From: Octopus sinensis
Taxonomy: Eukaryota
Assembly (NCBI RefSeq): GCF_006345805.1
Contig: NC_043000.1
Span: 7,874,001 to 7,938,000 of the forward strand
DNA: 64,000 nucleotides
Reading direction: 5' to 3'
Part shown: one piece after another, positions 12,702 to 25,969 of the stretch
Layout of the letters: every line of letters begins with the position of its first letter
How positions within the stretch are numbered: the stretch's first letter is position 1
Made by a program: the position numbers and the translations under genes
The notes under the pieces: model-generated
Database searches by the model: none
Seen by the model: only the letters and a program-made list of their open reading frames with translations
Told to the model about the DNA's origin: nothing

Positions 12702-14289
12702 CTGTTGTGTCAGTTAAGCAAGTATTCATTTTTCGTTAGATAAGCTAGTTGAAACATAGAATTACAATACATATGTAATAATATTTATAGTAGACCACAG
12801 TAGTTAAAGTATTCATGGCTCATTACAATTCAGTTAGCTTAAGTGACACACTAGAACATTTTTAGTATTAAAAAATTCTTGTAAATGTTACATCAGTTCC
12901 TATCAAATTGCCCTTATGAAAAGACATGGGCTCTGTTTGGTGGACTTACTGATCATCATCATCATTATAGTCATCATCAACGTTTTCATCATCATCCTCC
13001 TCATCCTCCTCATCTTTTTCAAATTTATTTTTCCATGTTTGCATGGGTCAGATGAAGAGTAAGTTGGGGGCAGAGTTTTCCACTCCTGGATTCCTTTTCT
13101 GTTGCCAACCCCCATTTCTTTCCAAATGAGGTTATAATTTCCTAGTATATCAAACAAAACAGCCTAGACACGTTCACACAGGAGGGAATTGGAGAAAAAA
13201 TGGCAATGTAAGAATGAACTTTTTATTTACAAAGATCATGCAACATATCAAAATATTCCAAGAACCTTGGATGTGCTTTTGCAAGCAAATGGCACTGCTA
13301 GCAAAGCCATTCTTTACAATTTGTAAATGAACATAGGTATGGATGATAAAATACAGGCTCTCACACACACACTCACACACAATTCACATACACCCACCCA
13401 CACAACACAAACTTCAGAAATGCTTAGACAATTGATCATCAAACCTACCAAGAATTGTGGGCTGTTTTCATTTGATAACCAAAGGCTTCAAGGACATTTC
13501 TTCTAAAGTCTAAAGGAGAGAGGAGACCTTGCCATCAGTTTGGATAGATAGAAAGAGAAGAGAAAAAATGTCTGGTTCTCCTACTTTGCTAGAGGAATAG
13601 ATGAAAAAGAAGTTATGTTCCTGTATTTGTATTCAAATTATAAAATCATATTATAAGATCACAAGAATTGTGTTATAGCTTTGAGAAAGCGAGTTAACTT
13701 AATTTACTAAAAATATTCCTGCTTCATTTCATCAATTGGCATACACGAAATTCTCTGATAAAAGGCAAAAATATCTGATTTCTTTGATTTCTCTTGGTCA
13801 GCGATTGGCTGATATTCAAGTTATATCTGTTTAGTAGAATGTCTTTATAACATCTCAGTCTTGCATTGCCAATATATATGTTGTCTGTCGTGATTACATT
13901 TCATTTATTTGAGATTTCAGTCGTATTTCTATTGGGAAGAAATATAATGATTTAATAACATGTGTCTTTAGTTTATGAGCCAGTTTTGGTGTAGGTTTCA
14001 TTAGTTCTCAAATATAACACACATGGGTTAGTGGACAGGATGGGTTGTGCTTCAAGTTTGATTCTTGGTTAAGGTGGCATGCTGTGTCTTTGGGAAAGTC
14101 ACTTCATTTCCTGTGATTCCATCTCACTCAACTGATAAGTACCTGCAAGAGATAAAGTAGAGGGTTGATACAGCAATGGGATGGTGTCCTGTGGAGTGAG
14201 GAGTGCAGAGTCTTGTAATCCCATTTAGTTATAAACCATAGAAACTCAGATCTGTTGTTTTAGTTTTCGAAGCGCAACAATTAAAAGAT

Positions 14290-14935
14290 AGTTTTGCTAT
14301 TTCTTTACACAGTTCTTCGCATTTTTATTGAACTCTGCAAGGTTCTTTTGAGCAGTAGGGCTTGGGTTGTAGAAGGAAGATAAGACAAAGCTCCATTGTA
14401 TGGTGGCTGGGTCAGTCTTGTAGCACCATCTGACTAAAGCAACTGTTGCTTGCTCCATTATCATTGTCAAGTAGTTAAGTGTCTTCCACTGAATCCGTGG
14501 GAGACTTCTGAACTGAGAAGGGAGTCTTCAGCAGGAGAGGATTCTCATGTCAGTTGGAATAGACACATACTCAAGCTTTTCCATTCTGAGCTGTTATCTA
14601 ATTTCTTCTTGAGATGCTGTTGAAGGCTTGATACAGCCGAGGAAGGTTCTTCTTGACTGCTGCCATTGAGTCAAGGATTGTCATTCGTGGAGGAGGTAGC
14701 ATCCACTGCTAGTAGCCTTTGTTATCTCAACTTAACTGGATATATTCCGTTTGATCAAAGCTAGCAAAGGTGAAGGTTGTTTGGATCAACGTGTTTCATT
14801 CAATCCGTGATCAGGTGGTAGGTGTTGTTCAATGCTGGGTCACGTATTTTGGCATGGGTCACTCTCACTGAAACAGGACAAGCACACTCTGCTGAGGAGC
14901 TTAACGCATGTGTTGTGGCTTCCATTTTGCAGTTG
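14290..14935 (-). mobile_element. Unclassified dispersed repeat with decayed ORF (MEATTHAL...); partial second copy at 16250-16385
   Basis: Both copies share ~135 bp that begins at AAAATGGAAGCCACAACACATGC on the minus strand. Confidence 0.4.
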
Positions 14936-15094
14936 ACCAGTTTCTATAGAATGTTGTTTCAGGAACCAACTTAGAGTTTGGTTCTTTTTATGTACTTCTT
15001 AAAGGAGAGAGTGCAGTCTAAGGTTACTCTAAGCTAGACAGGATAGGTACCATGCTCCAGTGGTGTTCCAGACCATTTGATGTTAAGAAGTTGA

Positions 15095-15262
15095 TTAGGC
15101 ACAGGAGTGGCTGTGTAGAAAATAGTTTGCTTACCAGCCACATGGTTCCAGGTTCAGTCCCACTGCGTGGCACCTTGGGCTGACCAAAGCCATGTGAGTG
15201 GATTTGGTAGATGGAAACTGAAAGAAGCCCGTCATACACACACACACATATATATATATATG

Positions 15263-15345
<83 letters not shown>

Positions 15346-15575
15346 ATGTATATGTTTGTGTGCGTCTATGTTTGTTCCCCCCAACATCGCTTGACAACTG
15401 ATGCTGGTGTGTTTACATCCCCGTCACTTAGTGGTTCGGCAAGAGAGACCGATAGAATAAGTACTAGGCTTACAAAGAATAAGTCCCGGGGTCGCTTTGT
15501 TTGACTAAAGATGGTGCTCTAGCATGGCTGCAGTCAAATGACTGAAACAAATAAAAGTAAAAGATAAAAGAAAAG
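15095..15575 (+). mobile_element. SINE family A, full length
   Basis: Head, (TA)n/(TG)n centre and tail all present. Confidence 0.85.
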
Positions 15576-15814
15576 CTTCATAATTCTTAAGACAGAACGA
15601 GCAGGCTTAGGTCCTCACAGGGTTGGCATATTGTTGGTTGCATTTGTCACAGAGTAATAATTTATCTAAGGCTGATATGAGCTTTGTTTCTACTGCTTCT
15701 TGGCATGTTATACAGAAATGTAATAGAAACTCTGATGTGTTCCAACTTCATAAACCTGCAGGTACAAGACATACTTCAAATCTTTTTACTTTTAATATTT
15801 ATTCTAAGTTGGTG

Positions 15815-16020
15815 TGCTGGCAGAATCATTAGCCTGTTGGGTGAAACACTCGGTGGCATTTCATCCATTGCTACATTCTGAATTCAAATTCTGCTGAGCT
15901 TGACTTTACCTTTCATCCTTTCAAGCATTGATAAAATAAGTATCAGTTGTGTACTGGAGTTGATGAAATTGACTTACTCCCGCCCTTGAAACTACTGGCC
16001 TTGTGCCAAAATTTGAAACC
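15815..16020 (+). mobile_element. SINE family B (old copy); further old copies at ~18155-18580
   Basis: TTCTGAATTCAAATTCTGCTGAG...TTTCATCCTTT...ATAAAATAAGTA motif. Confidence 0.65.
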
Positions 16021-18769
16021 AGTATTTGTTCTAACTCTCTACAGTCTGTGTTCAAATCACCCTGGGGTCATCTTATATTATTGCTGGGCAATAATATAAA
16101 ACAAACAGTTGGTGACACCATAAGAGCATAGATCTGGATGCCTTGCAGCTCTCGCATTCTGAGTTTAAATACATCCATTGCTGAAGGGATTTATTTTTGA
16201 ACTGCCTTCTCCTTGCCACCATTGTTGCCAACATCCTTATCTTCATTATCATTGATCAATCTGTGATCAGGTGACAAGTATTGTTCAAAGCCGGGTCACG
16301 TTTTTTTGACATGTGTCACTCTCACTGAGACAGGACATGCACTTTCTGCTGAAGACCTTAATGCATGTGTTGTGGCTTCCATTTTATCATCATCCTCATC
16401 ATCATCCTAATTTTGATGTTCACTTTTCCCATGCTTGCATGGATTAGGTGAGATTTACTGAGGCAGTATTCTTCACCCAAATGTCCTTTCTGTTGTCAAA
16501 GTATTTTTGCTTCACTGGTCTTCTCACAATAAAGCTGTTGAAGCTACTGTGGCACACATTTCATATACAGGAGAAGTAAACATAACACCTCTGGACACAC
16601 ACACACACACACAACACACAAGCATGCGTGCATACACATATGATGGGTTTCCATCTATCAATTTCACTTAGAAAGTACTGGTAAGCCTGAAGAACTACCA
16701 GAAAGCATTTGTCGAAAGTGCCACTCAGTGAGTTAGAACTTGAAACTAAATGAATCGTGGTTACAAGGAGAACTTTAAACTACAAAATTATGTCTTTGCC
16801 TTATAACGCTTTTTTTTTTAAAATTTAGATTGCTCTGACTAGGGATGAAATTAAAGTTCTGAATTCAATAAATCAAATATATCTTTGACTGGAATCACTC
16901 TTTGTTTAGTTAGAAAAGTTGCTGCTTTCCTTTTCTTTTTAATTAATTCCAAAATAATAAAAGCTTAAATCAAACTAAGAGAATTTGAGCCTCAGAGCCA
17001 TGGGAGCAAAAGTTTGCTTTCAGCATGAATTATTTCAGCTACTTTTACTTGCACAAACTACATTGTTTAATTTTAACTCGCTTGTTTGTTTTCTCTATTC
17101 CAACTTCTCAGATTCTGTTTGCACCAATCTGTCTTCCTATCTTCACCTTACTTCTCTTTCATTATCATTACAACTTCTCAAACACTTTGTTCTGTAACAA
17201 ACCAATCACCAAAGATTTATTTTTTTAATTACTAATGTATTAAGTTTATTTAGTTAGTTTTCATTATGTATTTTCATCCAGTTCTTGTTATATTTTGAAG
17301 CCTTTTGAAAATATCTGTTTCAAGATTAAATACACATAAGGTACAAGACTTTAAAATTCTGCTCTTTCCTTATCCAGTGTCATCAAGGCAAATGAGAAAT
17401 GGATCACCCTTGAATGAGATATTAGTCTATTAAGAGAGGTTAGGTTTATCAGGATACAAATTAACAATAGTTAAGCTAATTAAACCTAGTAAATTTAATT
17501 GTACTGCTCCCTCTTTTATTTTATTCTCCTTTGGACAAAACAAACCACAAACTACCTGAGCATTTAATCTTAATATCTTAACCACTTGACCATATAGCTT
17601 TTACACACTTGCAAATATTATACATTATTACATGTTCTTATTTTAAACAGAAAATGCAATTTAATTCCAATAACTGTTTATCTTTCTCAATGCAACATTT
17701 GTATGTTCTATGTCTCAGACTTCAGTTCTGACCACAATTATTGATTTCTGACAAAAACCAACAAAATAACTCAGTTCTCTTTTATTGAAATTTTCAATTT
17801 TCAACAACATCAAAAATAGTCTGTTTGAATTATCTGTTGTGAAATTGTTCCTGTGGCAATTGGGAATTTTTAGCTCAATTCTTGTTGCTTAATTTTATTT
17901 CATTTTGATTATTTCTGTAATAATAATAAAAAAAAGTAAAAATCAATTTATAGATTACAGTAACACTGAGTTTGAGAGTTTCTGAACAGCATACATATTA
18001 AATGGCAAGACTAGTTTTAATGCAATCATTGAACTAACAATGGGGGAAATTTTGAAATAGAATAATTTTGCTAATTAGAATTAAAAGTGACTTTTGTTTG
18101 TATTAAATATAACCTTACTGATGCTGTCATTATTATTATTGTTATTATTATTATTAATGCAGTGAGCTAGCAGAATTGTTAGTGTATTGGACAAAATGCT
18201 TCACAGCGTTTCTGCTAACTCTTTATGTTCTGAGTTCAAATCCTGCCATGGATGACTTTGCTTTACATCCTTTTGGGGGCCAATAAAATAAGTACCATTT
18301 GAGCATTGGGGATGCTGTACATGGCTTACTCCCATCCCTAAAACTGCTAGCCTTGTGTTAAAATTTAAATCCAATAAGAAGGCAATGGGCTCGCAGAACT
18401 GTTGGACAAAATGATCTGTGGTATTTCTTCTGGTTCTTTATGCTCTGAGTTCAAATCCTGCTGAGGTCAACCTTACTGTTCATTCTTTCAAGGTCAATAA
18501 CATAAAGTACCATGAAACACTGGGATGTAATCAAGTAGTCTCCTTCCCCCAAATTTCAGTCCTTCTGCCTTAGAAGAAAGGACTATTATAATTGTTGTTG
18601 ATATTATTAACATTTTGCTTTTAATCTACATATCTGATACAATCACTTGCCAGATCACACCCAGCGACCTAGGGTGAGTGAAAGTTAAAAATGGTTAGAT
18701 GTAATTGAAAGTTTGGGGAGAGAAAGTGAGGAGGACAGTACAGAAATACATTTGTATAATATAACACAA

Positions 18770-19090
18770 CATAAAATATTTAATTCAAGTTGATAGGATT
18801 TTTCCATGGATATGGGCAGTACTCGTCAACACAATCTTTAGGATTTCTTTGAAAGATAGGTCTCCTGGGATGTTATCTAGATTTTTCCAATGTCCCTTTT
18901 TTATCACACCAAGGGCAACTGCAATAATAGCGATAGTTTTGTTTTAAGATGCCACATCTCTTGTATTTCAATGTGTAGATCCTTATATATGCTGAGCTTG
19001 TCAAAATCCTTAACAGATATGTTCTTATCAGAGGGGGCTAGTGGTGGCTTGTAGATAAAATTAGTTGGGGTGCTGCTTCAGAAAAGTTTT
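18770..19090 (-). mobile_element. 3' fragment of a restriction-like-endonuclease non-LTR retrotransposon (R4/Dong/HERO-like)
   Basis: Minus-strand DKLSIYKDLHIEIQEMWHLKTK resembles the K-Y-x-D-L-x-x-E-I-x-x-x-W RLE motif; frameshifted. Confidence 0.55.
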
Positions 19091-20136
19091 AGCGATTGTT
19101 TTAATATTGTGTAAAGTGAAACAAACATAAATATAAAAAACTTTATACATAAACTTGACTGGTTCGTGTTTTAGTCACTGATGGGTAGTGTTTAATTTAT
19201 TCACTGAACACTGCCGAAAATTCCCCTTTGTTTTTTAAAAATCCCCCTAAATCACAAAATAAGGGGTGAAATGTGCCCTATTTGACAGCAACACTGAAGC
19301 TGGAAGCAGGATAATAATTTAATTCTACACGTTATCACATTCAAGAATATAAACATATTTTTAAGCACAACACACATAGAGTCAAAAAGAAATATTAACT
19401 TTCACCTGGCACTGTTGTTCACACAGTGCTCTCTCTCCCTAGTGTGCAGCTTCCTATCTCGGACATGTGAGTATGCACACAACTTCCAAACACTGCATCA
19501 CTGGAACTGTGAAGCACATGGTTCTACACAAGGATTTTTGTATTTTTTCCATAAACTAGGGGATGGCTACTGACATTAAGCTTAAGGGTTATATAATGTA
19601 CAAGTATAAAGAAAGAATTAAAGAAAAAAGGACTCGTTTTGAATGTTATTGATAATATCAAGTGAAACTAGAGGGTTCCGCAGTTCCTGTACAGTAGCTG
19701 CCACTGGTGGGAACACTTATAACAATTAGTTTACAAGTATTTTCTTGTGTTTAATGGTTATATCTTGGTTAGCCTGGATTGTTCTGTCAGTGTTGACAGG
19801 AAAATTCCAGAGGATGGTAACATTTTAACCTTCAACAACTATTTGAAGATGGTCTTCATACTAGTTCACTGGAGTTTTGATTTGATAGTGTTTACATATT
19901 AATAAATATTTCCATTGTAAATATTGTCCTACCCTATTTTTATATTCATTTAGTGTTAGCTCAGGACAGCTGAAAATGAGACGGTTTATTGTTTCACTAA
20001 ATTTATGACAGAAATAGCATTTTGGGCCTGCAACAGTTTAAAAAATATTTGCCTGGTAATTTCTTTTAAACAAGCTTTGGTCTTGTGATGCCAGTATGAA
20101 GCTTCCAGTCTCTACTTTCAATCCTTAACACCTCAG

Positions 20137-20223
20137 CTACTGTTGGACTGTCTTTGGGTGAAGATCAGAATTTTGGCTTTGAAGGATCTATTGCCATGCA
20201 GCGACTTCTGGCTCCATCATTCT
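20137..20223 (+). CDS. Candidate 87-nt exon of an unidentified host gene (TVGLSLGEDQNFGFEGSIAMQRLLAPSF in phase 1)
   Basis: CTTAAC branch-like motif, CTCAG acceptor, GTAAGT donor, length a multiple of 3; no recognisable homology. Confidence 0.25.
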
Positions 20224-20539
20224 GTAAGTTGTTTCTGCTTGTTCTTTTAAACAATTTGTTTGACTCTTTTGGCTTGCTTGGTATCAGCAGATTCAGGTTC
20301 TTTATTCATTTCAGGATTAATAATAATAAGTGATGCAGCACGGAATTTTGTCAGTGAACAGGTCACGGTCTCAAAGTGACAAAAATATTTTGATAAATTA
20401 AATTTAAATGTTGAAGTGAATCTAACGGTTTTTGTGTGTTTCTTAAATGGCTTATAAACACCTTCCACACTACAATTGTTTTTGTTCCGGGACACGATCT
20501 CAGAACAGGTCACTTGCTATGCAAGTACATCTCTGTAAT

Positions 20540-20564
20540 TCTTCTTCTTCTTCTTCTTCTTCTT

Positions 20565-20641
<77 letters not shown>

Positions 20642-20665
20642 CATTATTATTATTATCATTATTAT
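20540..20665. repeat. Compound (TTC)n(TTA)n microsatellite
   Basis: Read directly from the sequence. Confidence 0.95.
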
Positions 20666-21939
20666 ATTTTGGTTTTATTAACAAAATACTCTCCCAGATC
20701 ACTCATAAATTTCTTGTTTGCTTAATAGTTTCAAGAAACTTTTTTGTCAAAATGTTTGTACTGTTGTGTTACTAAACTGATCAGTATCCCATGAAAATAG
20801 TCATTTCTGCTTTGTTTGTCTCTTTTAAGGATGCTTTTTGTTGCTGTCTTAATCATGCCTTATTTTGTTTTCTTCTACGTTTTAAGAATTTTTAAACATG
20901 GCATTGGAATTTTTGACAGGAGGGCAGAGGGAGGAAGATAGTTTTTTAGAATAGCAACTGTGACACTGTTTTCTCTCTGTTAATGATTATCAGCCAAAAC
21001 ATCACCACCAAAACCACCGTCACCACTGCAACAGGTGGCAGTGATAACAACAACAACAACAACAGTAGCAGTAAAACTAATAGAAAAGCAAAAGAGTGAA
21101 TCATGACAATGAGAACACTACCACCATCTCCATTTCTATCAGCATCATCACTACCACCAAAACCACCACCAAAACCACCACCAAAACCACCGCTGCAACA
21201 GCTTGGAGTAGCAGCAGCAAAACCTTCAACAAGAACAAGCCAAATGAAATAGTGTACTGTGACAGAGAAAGTCCTACCTTGTCCCCCCCCACACACACAC
21301 ACCTTCCAGCACTGCCACTATCTTGTCAGCAGCAACCATTAACAGTAGTAATAAGAATGCTGTTGCCATTGGTACTGGTTCAGTTGCCAGTGAAAATAAA
21401 AATATTTCTAAACTTTGGTTTTTGCATAAACATAACTTTAGCTTCTGAAATAACTCAACTGTCAACTAAAAGTATGAGACAAGCATAGAGGCTCCTGGAA
21501 AAGTTGGAAGAGCGGTTCACGTGCAAGTGTCTGGGTCCATTCTGCAAGGACCCCATAGAAGAATAACTATATATAAAGACATAGGCATGATGATCAACTG
21601 GGTGATTCAGGCTCAAATAGAAAGGTACCTAAAATCAATCTGGCCCTAAAGACAATATTTTAAGAGGTAGACAGTCTGACATAGTGGAAGTAAGTTTTTT
21701 GACCAAAATCAAAGCTAGAAAAGACATTCCATAAACCATCTTAAAAATGACAAACTGGTCTTCAGATCGCCCAGTGTTAGCTGGCAAATGACAATATTAA
21801 AAATGGCCAGTGTCTCAGAGTAATAGTGCTGTTCTTAAGAAACCTTGATCTCTAGATATGGGCCATCTTGCTAGATCCAGAATGAAAGTTGGTGGTGCTG
21901 AAAGCGATCAGCTATGAAGGTCATATTTTCTGACTACTG

Positions 21940-23255
21940 TCTGAATTTTGTAATGACAGTTCAAAATGAGAAGTCACTGCTTGTTCCAAAATGACCGCAC
22001 AAGATAAAGAGAAAAAAATTGAGTGACAAATCCTGTTATCACAGTAGAAAACTCTGATTCCTACAATACAAATTCCCTTCAATAAAAGTCATCTGCAAAA
22101 ACTGTGTTAAGAAAGGTCACTATGCAAAAGTTTGCAAAAGCACCAGGAATGATTGCAGAGTGAATCGTCAGGATGGAATCACAACTCTTATCAGTTACGC
22201 ATCAGAAAAACCCATATGCATGACGTGGGTGCTCTCTGCAGCATTAGCATTATCTTAACCATAATAACAAAGGCATGACAATTACATGGCAACATTCATC
22301 ATACAATGGGCACCACATAGAATGCATTGGAGACACTTGCCTTTTGGTGAAAAGAGCAAGTTGGCAATTCCTCCATGCTATTAAAATAATTAAAGGTGAC
22401 TACAGGTATGGTCTACTAAGTTGTGACCTCAATGCTGAAGCAATTTGCAGCATTAAGTCATTTTTGCTGATGATAAAAGGAGTGCAAGCTTCTGTTAAAT
22501 TAATACCTGATGTCTCTGCTAAATTATGTGCTGCCAGAAGCGTACCTATAACTCTCAAGATGTAGCAAAGGAAATAGATACAAGGGAAACCAAAAGTGTA
22601 ATTAAAATATGCACTCTGGGTGACATAGTCAATGCTTCTACAGTCATGTGGGTTAGAAAGAAAAACGGACAACTGCGTATGTGTCCTGATTACAAAGTTC
22701 ACCTAAATAAAAAAAAATATGCAAGGAAGCTTATCCTTTTCCACAATTAAAAATCATGTTCAGTCAACTAAGTGATGCAAAATTCTTCACTTATTCTCTT
22801 ATTTCTAGCACTGTAGGTGTTTCCTAACACCTTAGTTACATTTAGTGACAATTATGTTTCTCCTTTTGGGTGAACTGTTGCAAACTTCTGTTTATATTAT
22901 TATGTTTAGCAATTTATTATTTATGTTTAGCATAATAATATGAATTATTATGAATGAATTGCTATATCATCCAATAATTTGGATGACAAAAACAAATGCT
23001 AATAGTGAAGTGGGTCTGGAAAAAGTTGAATAATTGGGTGGGCTTAACTGACGAGGCAACAGAAGTTGCTGAAACTGATGTCAGTATTAAGAATTCTCGA
23101 TCAGCATTTTTCAGATAATTATGGTTCCTGTTACTGTATTTGTTTTCACTCATATCATTAACCACAGCATTAAAGTGCCTTAGCTCTTATTTCTAGCAAT
23201 GAAGGTGTTTCCCAGCACCCTAGTCACATTTAGTGACAATCACAATTCTCCTTCT
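21940..23255 (+). mobile_element. Ty3/Gypsy gag-pol remnant
   Basis: CCHC knuckle CKNCVKKGHYAKVC (~22093-22135), RT N-terminal WVRKKNGQLRMCPDYKVHLN (~22650-22710), and integrase-like GV..TLV...DN fragments at ~22800 and ~23195. Confidence 0.65.
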
Positions 23256-23392
23256 GGCTGTGTGGTAAGAAGCTTGCTTCTCAATCACATGGTTCTGGGT
23301 TCAGTCCCACTGCGTGACAAGTGTCTTCTATAGGCTTGGGCTGACCAAAACCTTGTGAGTGAATTTGGCAGATGGAAACTGAAAGAAGCCTG

Positions 23393-23460
<68 letters not shown>
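23255..23460 (+). mobile_element. SINE family A, 5' half (3' half at 25970-26150)
   Basis: Head runs to GAAAGAAGCCTGTC then (TA)n; the matching remainder resumes after the Penelope-like insert. Confidence 0.75.
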
Positions 23461-23466
<6 letters not shown>

Positions 23467-23580
23467 ATATTTCGGAATGATCATATTGCCAGTTTAGCCA
23501 ATAAAAACACACGCACTATATATTTGGTGTTATTTTGCTTCAGTGTTATTTATTTTTTACATTAAACTTAATCTTATTTC

Positions 23581-23624
23581 GGCCAGAGTTCTTTCGTCAC
23601 ACTCCTGTGACCCATCAGTGGTCC
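23581..23624 (-). ncRNA. Degenerate type I hammerhead (A9G) in the Penelope 3' region
   Basis: GGACCA-CTGATGG-GTCAC aggagt GTGAC-GAAAG-AA-CTC-TGGCC. Confidence 0.55.
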
Positions 23625-23940
23625 TTTGTTTTCTTCTTACTTATTTGTGTCTCTCCTTACTAACCGTCAGCCAATTTGTATTTCTATTGTATGTCTTCAT
23701 TTGTGCATGCTTATATCTCTATGTGCGTCTATGTTTATTTAGTGTGTGTATGTGGGGGGATGCCTGTAATATTTGTATCTTCTGTTTATATATGTTCATG
23801 TAATTTGTATTTTGTTTATTCTTATTTTGTTCATGTGTTTACATCTACTTATTATTATCATTACATATGCTTGTATGTATGTATGTATGTATAACAACAA
23901 TACTAGTAATAATAATAATAAATCGAATTGAAAAAAAAAT

Positions 23941-24585
23941 ATATCATCATCATCATCATCATCGTTTAGCGTCCGTTTTCCATGCTAGCATGGGTTGGAC
24001 GGTTCAACTGGGGTCTGTGAAGCCGGAAGGCTTCATCAGGCCTAGTCAGATCTGGCAGTGTTTCTACGGCTGGATGCCCTTCCTAACGCCAACCACTCCG
24101 TGAGTGTAGTGGGTGCTTTTTATATATATATCATCATCATCATCATCATCATCATCATCGTTTAACGTCCACTTTCCATGCTAGCATGGGTTGGACAGTT
24201 CAACTGGGGTCTGGCAAGCCCAAAGGCTGCACCAGGCCAGTCAGATCTGGCAGTGTTTCTACAGCTGGATGCCCTTCCTAACGCCAACCACTCTGAGAGT
24301 GTAGTGGGTGATTTTATGTGCTACCGACACAGGTGCCAGACGAGGCTGGCAGATGGCCACGCTCGGATGGTGTTTTTTATGTGCCACCGACACAGGTGCC
24401 AGACGAGGCTAGCAGACGGCCATGCTCGGATGGTGTTTTTTATGTGCCACCGACACAGGTGCCAGACGAGGCTAGCAGACGGCCATGCTCGGATGGTGTT
24501 TTTTATGTGCCACCGACACAGGTGCCAGACGAGGCTGGCGAACGGCCACGATCGGATGGTGTTTGTTACGTGCCCACAGCACGGA
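23941..24585 (-). mobile_element. Two RTE LINE 3'UTR fragments with (ATG)n tails; the second carries a 63-bp tandem array
   Basis: (CAT)n-TTTAACGTCC.CTTTCCATGCTAGCATGGGTTGGAC...GGATGCCCTTCCTAACGCCAACCAC, the same tail that follows the RTE ORF at 51.6-52.6 kb. Confidence 0.75.
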
Positions 24586-24661
24586 TATATATATATATAG
24601 TTATTTATTTCTATTAGTTTATTTATCTGTGTATTTATTATGTTTTCAGGATCCTCTATCG

Positions 24662-25969
24662 TCATATGTTGTGGTGTGTGTTAGTGCTCCATTCTTGTTT
24701 TTTATTCAGGCTAGGTTTATTTTCTATTATGTGTGTAGCTTCTGTAATTTGTCTAATTGTTGCATCTGTTCTATGTGTGGACAATATTTTAATTTCTATG
24801 TTATTGATTGATTCCCCATGTTCCTGTTTGGTGTGTTGGTACAGAATCGATGAGCTTTTACCTTCCTTGAGTTGTCTCCATTGCTCATTTACACGCTCTC
24901 CTATGCTTTTTGCCGTTTCCCCAACGTATGTTGTTGTCTTGTTACTGCATCGTCCCTCTATACATCTTATACTATAGACTACATTTCTGGCTTTACAGTT
25001 TGTTTGTGGGCTAAATCTACATACAGTACAGTACTTATCCATACAGGGGGTTCTACTAAAAGGATAGGTTCTACCAATTATAGATTTGATAGGGTTGCCT
25101 GGCTTTTCAACAACCTTAATTCTTAGCTTAAGTTTGTCTAGGGTCTTTCTAAAGCGGTACGCCAGTTCACCTCCAGGGGTGGTGTCAACGAACATGACAC
25201 TCTGGCGAGAGTACATGTTTACGAGTATGGAGTTCTGTGTTAGGCGTTCTTTAAGCCTTCTGTCCCACCATACCATGAAAAGGTTGGCCACATCACCAGC
25301 GATACTAATGCCGATGGCTGCCCCCTCGTCCTGCGCATATATTTTATTATTAAACTTAAACGTGTGGCCTGTTAGGATAACTCTTATACTAGCTCCTAGT
25401 GCATGTGTGATCATTTTCTTTATCTGATGGACATTTGTGGGGCTCTGTATGGCTCTGGTCCATCCGCGCCATCTTTCTATATGTGTCTTCCTAGCCATAG
25501 AAGTAATTGTGGGTGGTCTACCTCTTAAACATCTGCTGGGGCAGAAACTACTAAGATTATGTTTATCTAAGTATTCATTATTACATGTCAGTCTAAGTAG
25601 GAGGCCCAGTTCTTCTGTGTTGACATTACGGAACTCCACCTGGCTCTCCTTGATCATCTCCACGCACTTCTCCACCGCAAAATCTACGTCAATCGATGGG
25701 TATAGGGATACCACATCCATGCTACCCACCATACATCCTGTCAGGTCACAAGTGTTGTTACAGTCATCGATCCTGCTTAGGAGATCTTCTGTGCTGTCAC
25801 ACACATCAGGTGACATCCGGATTATAGGGCGTATGATCATTGAGAGGAAGTAGGAGATTCTGTAATTGCTAGCGATATTCGCTCCACAGACTGGTCTTGT
25901 TGGTGGTCCTGCTATAGGGTCAGTAATTACTTTATGGTCCTTGCAAAGTCCATACAGTCCCGGGATATC
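24662..25969 (-). pseudogene. Penelope-like reverse transcriptase + GIY-YIG endonuclease ORF lacking the YxDD/thumb segment
   Basis: PGLYGLCKDHK, SMDVVSLYPSI, GAAIGISIAGDVANLFM, linker CMDKYCTVC, VVYSIRC...YVGET...R...HTKQEH...E...N. No stop codon over ~436 codons. Confidence 0.9.

Larger units (their letters stand above)
23461..25969 (-). mobile_element. Penelope-like element (Naiad/Neptune type), 5'-truncated, with internal in-frame deletion
   Basis: RT and GIY-YIG ORF, A-rich 3' region with a hammerhead-like fold, inserted into the (TA)n of a SINE. Confidence 0.8.

Noticed and set aside
24662-25969. Selenoprotein-type Naiad element
   Set aside because: No in-frame TGA in the retained ORF, and no SECIS-like hairpin was recognised.
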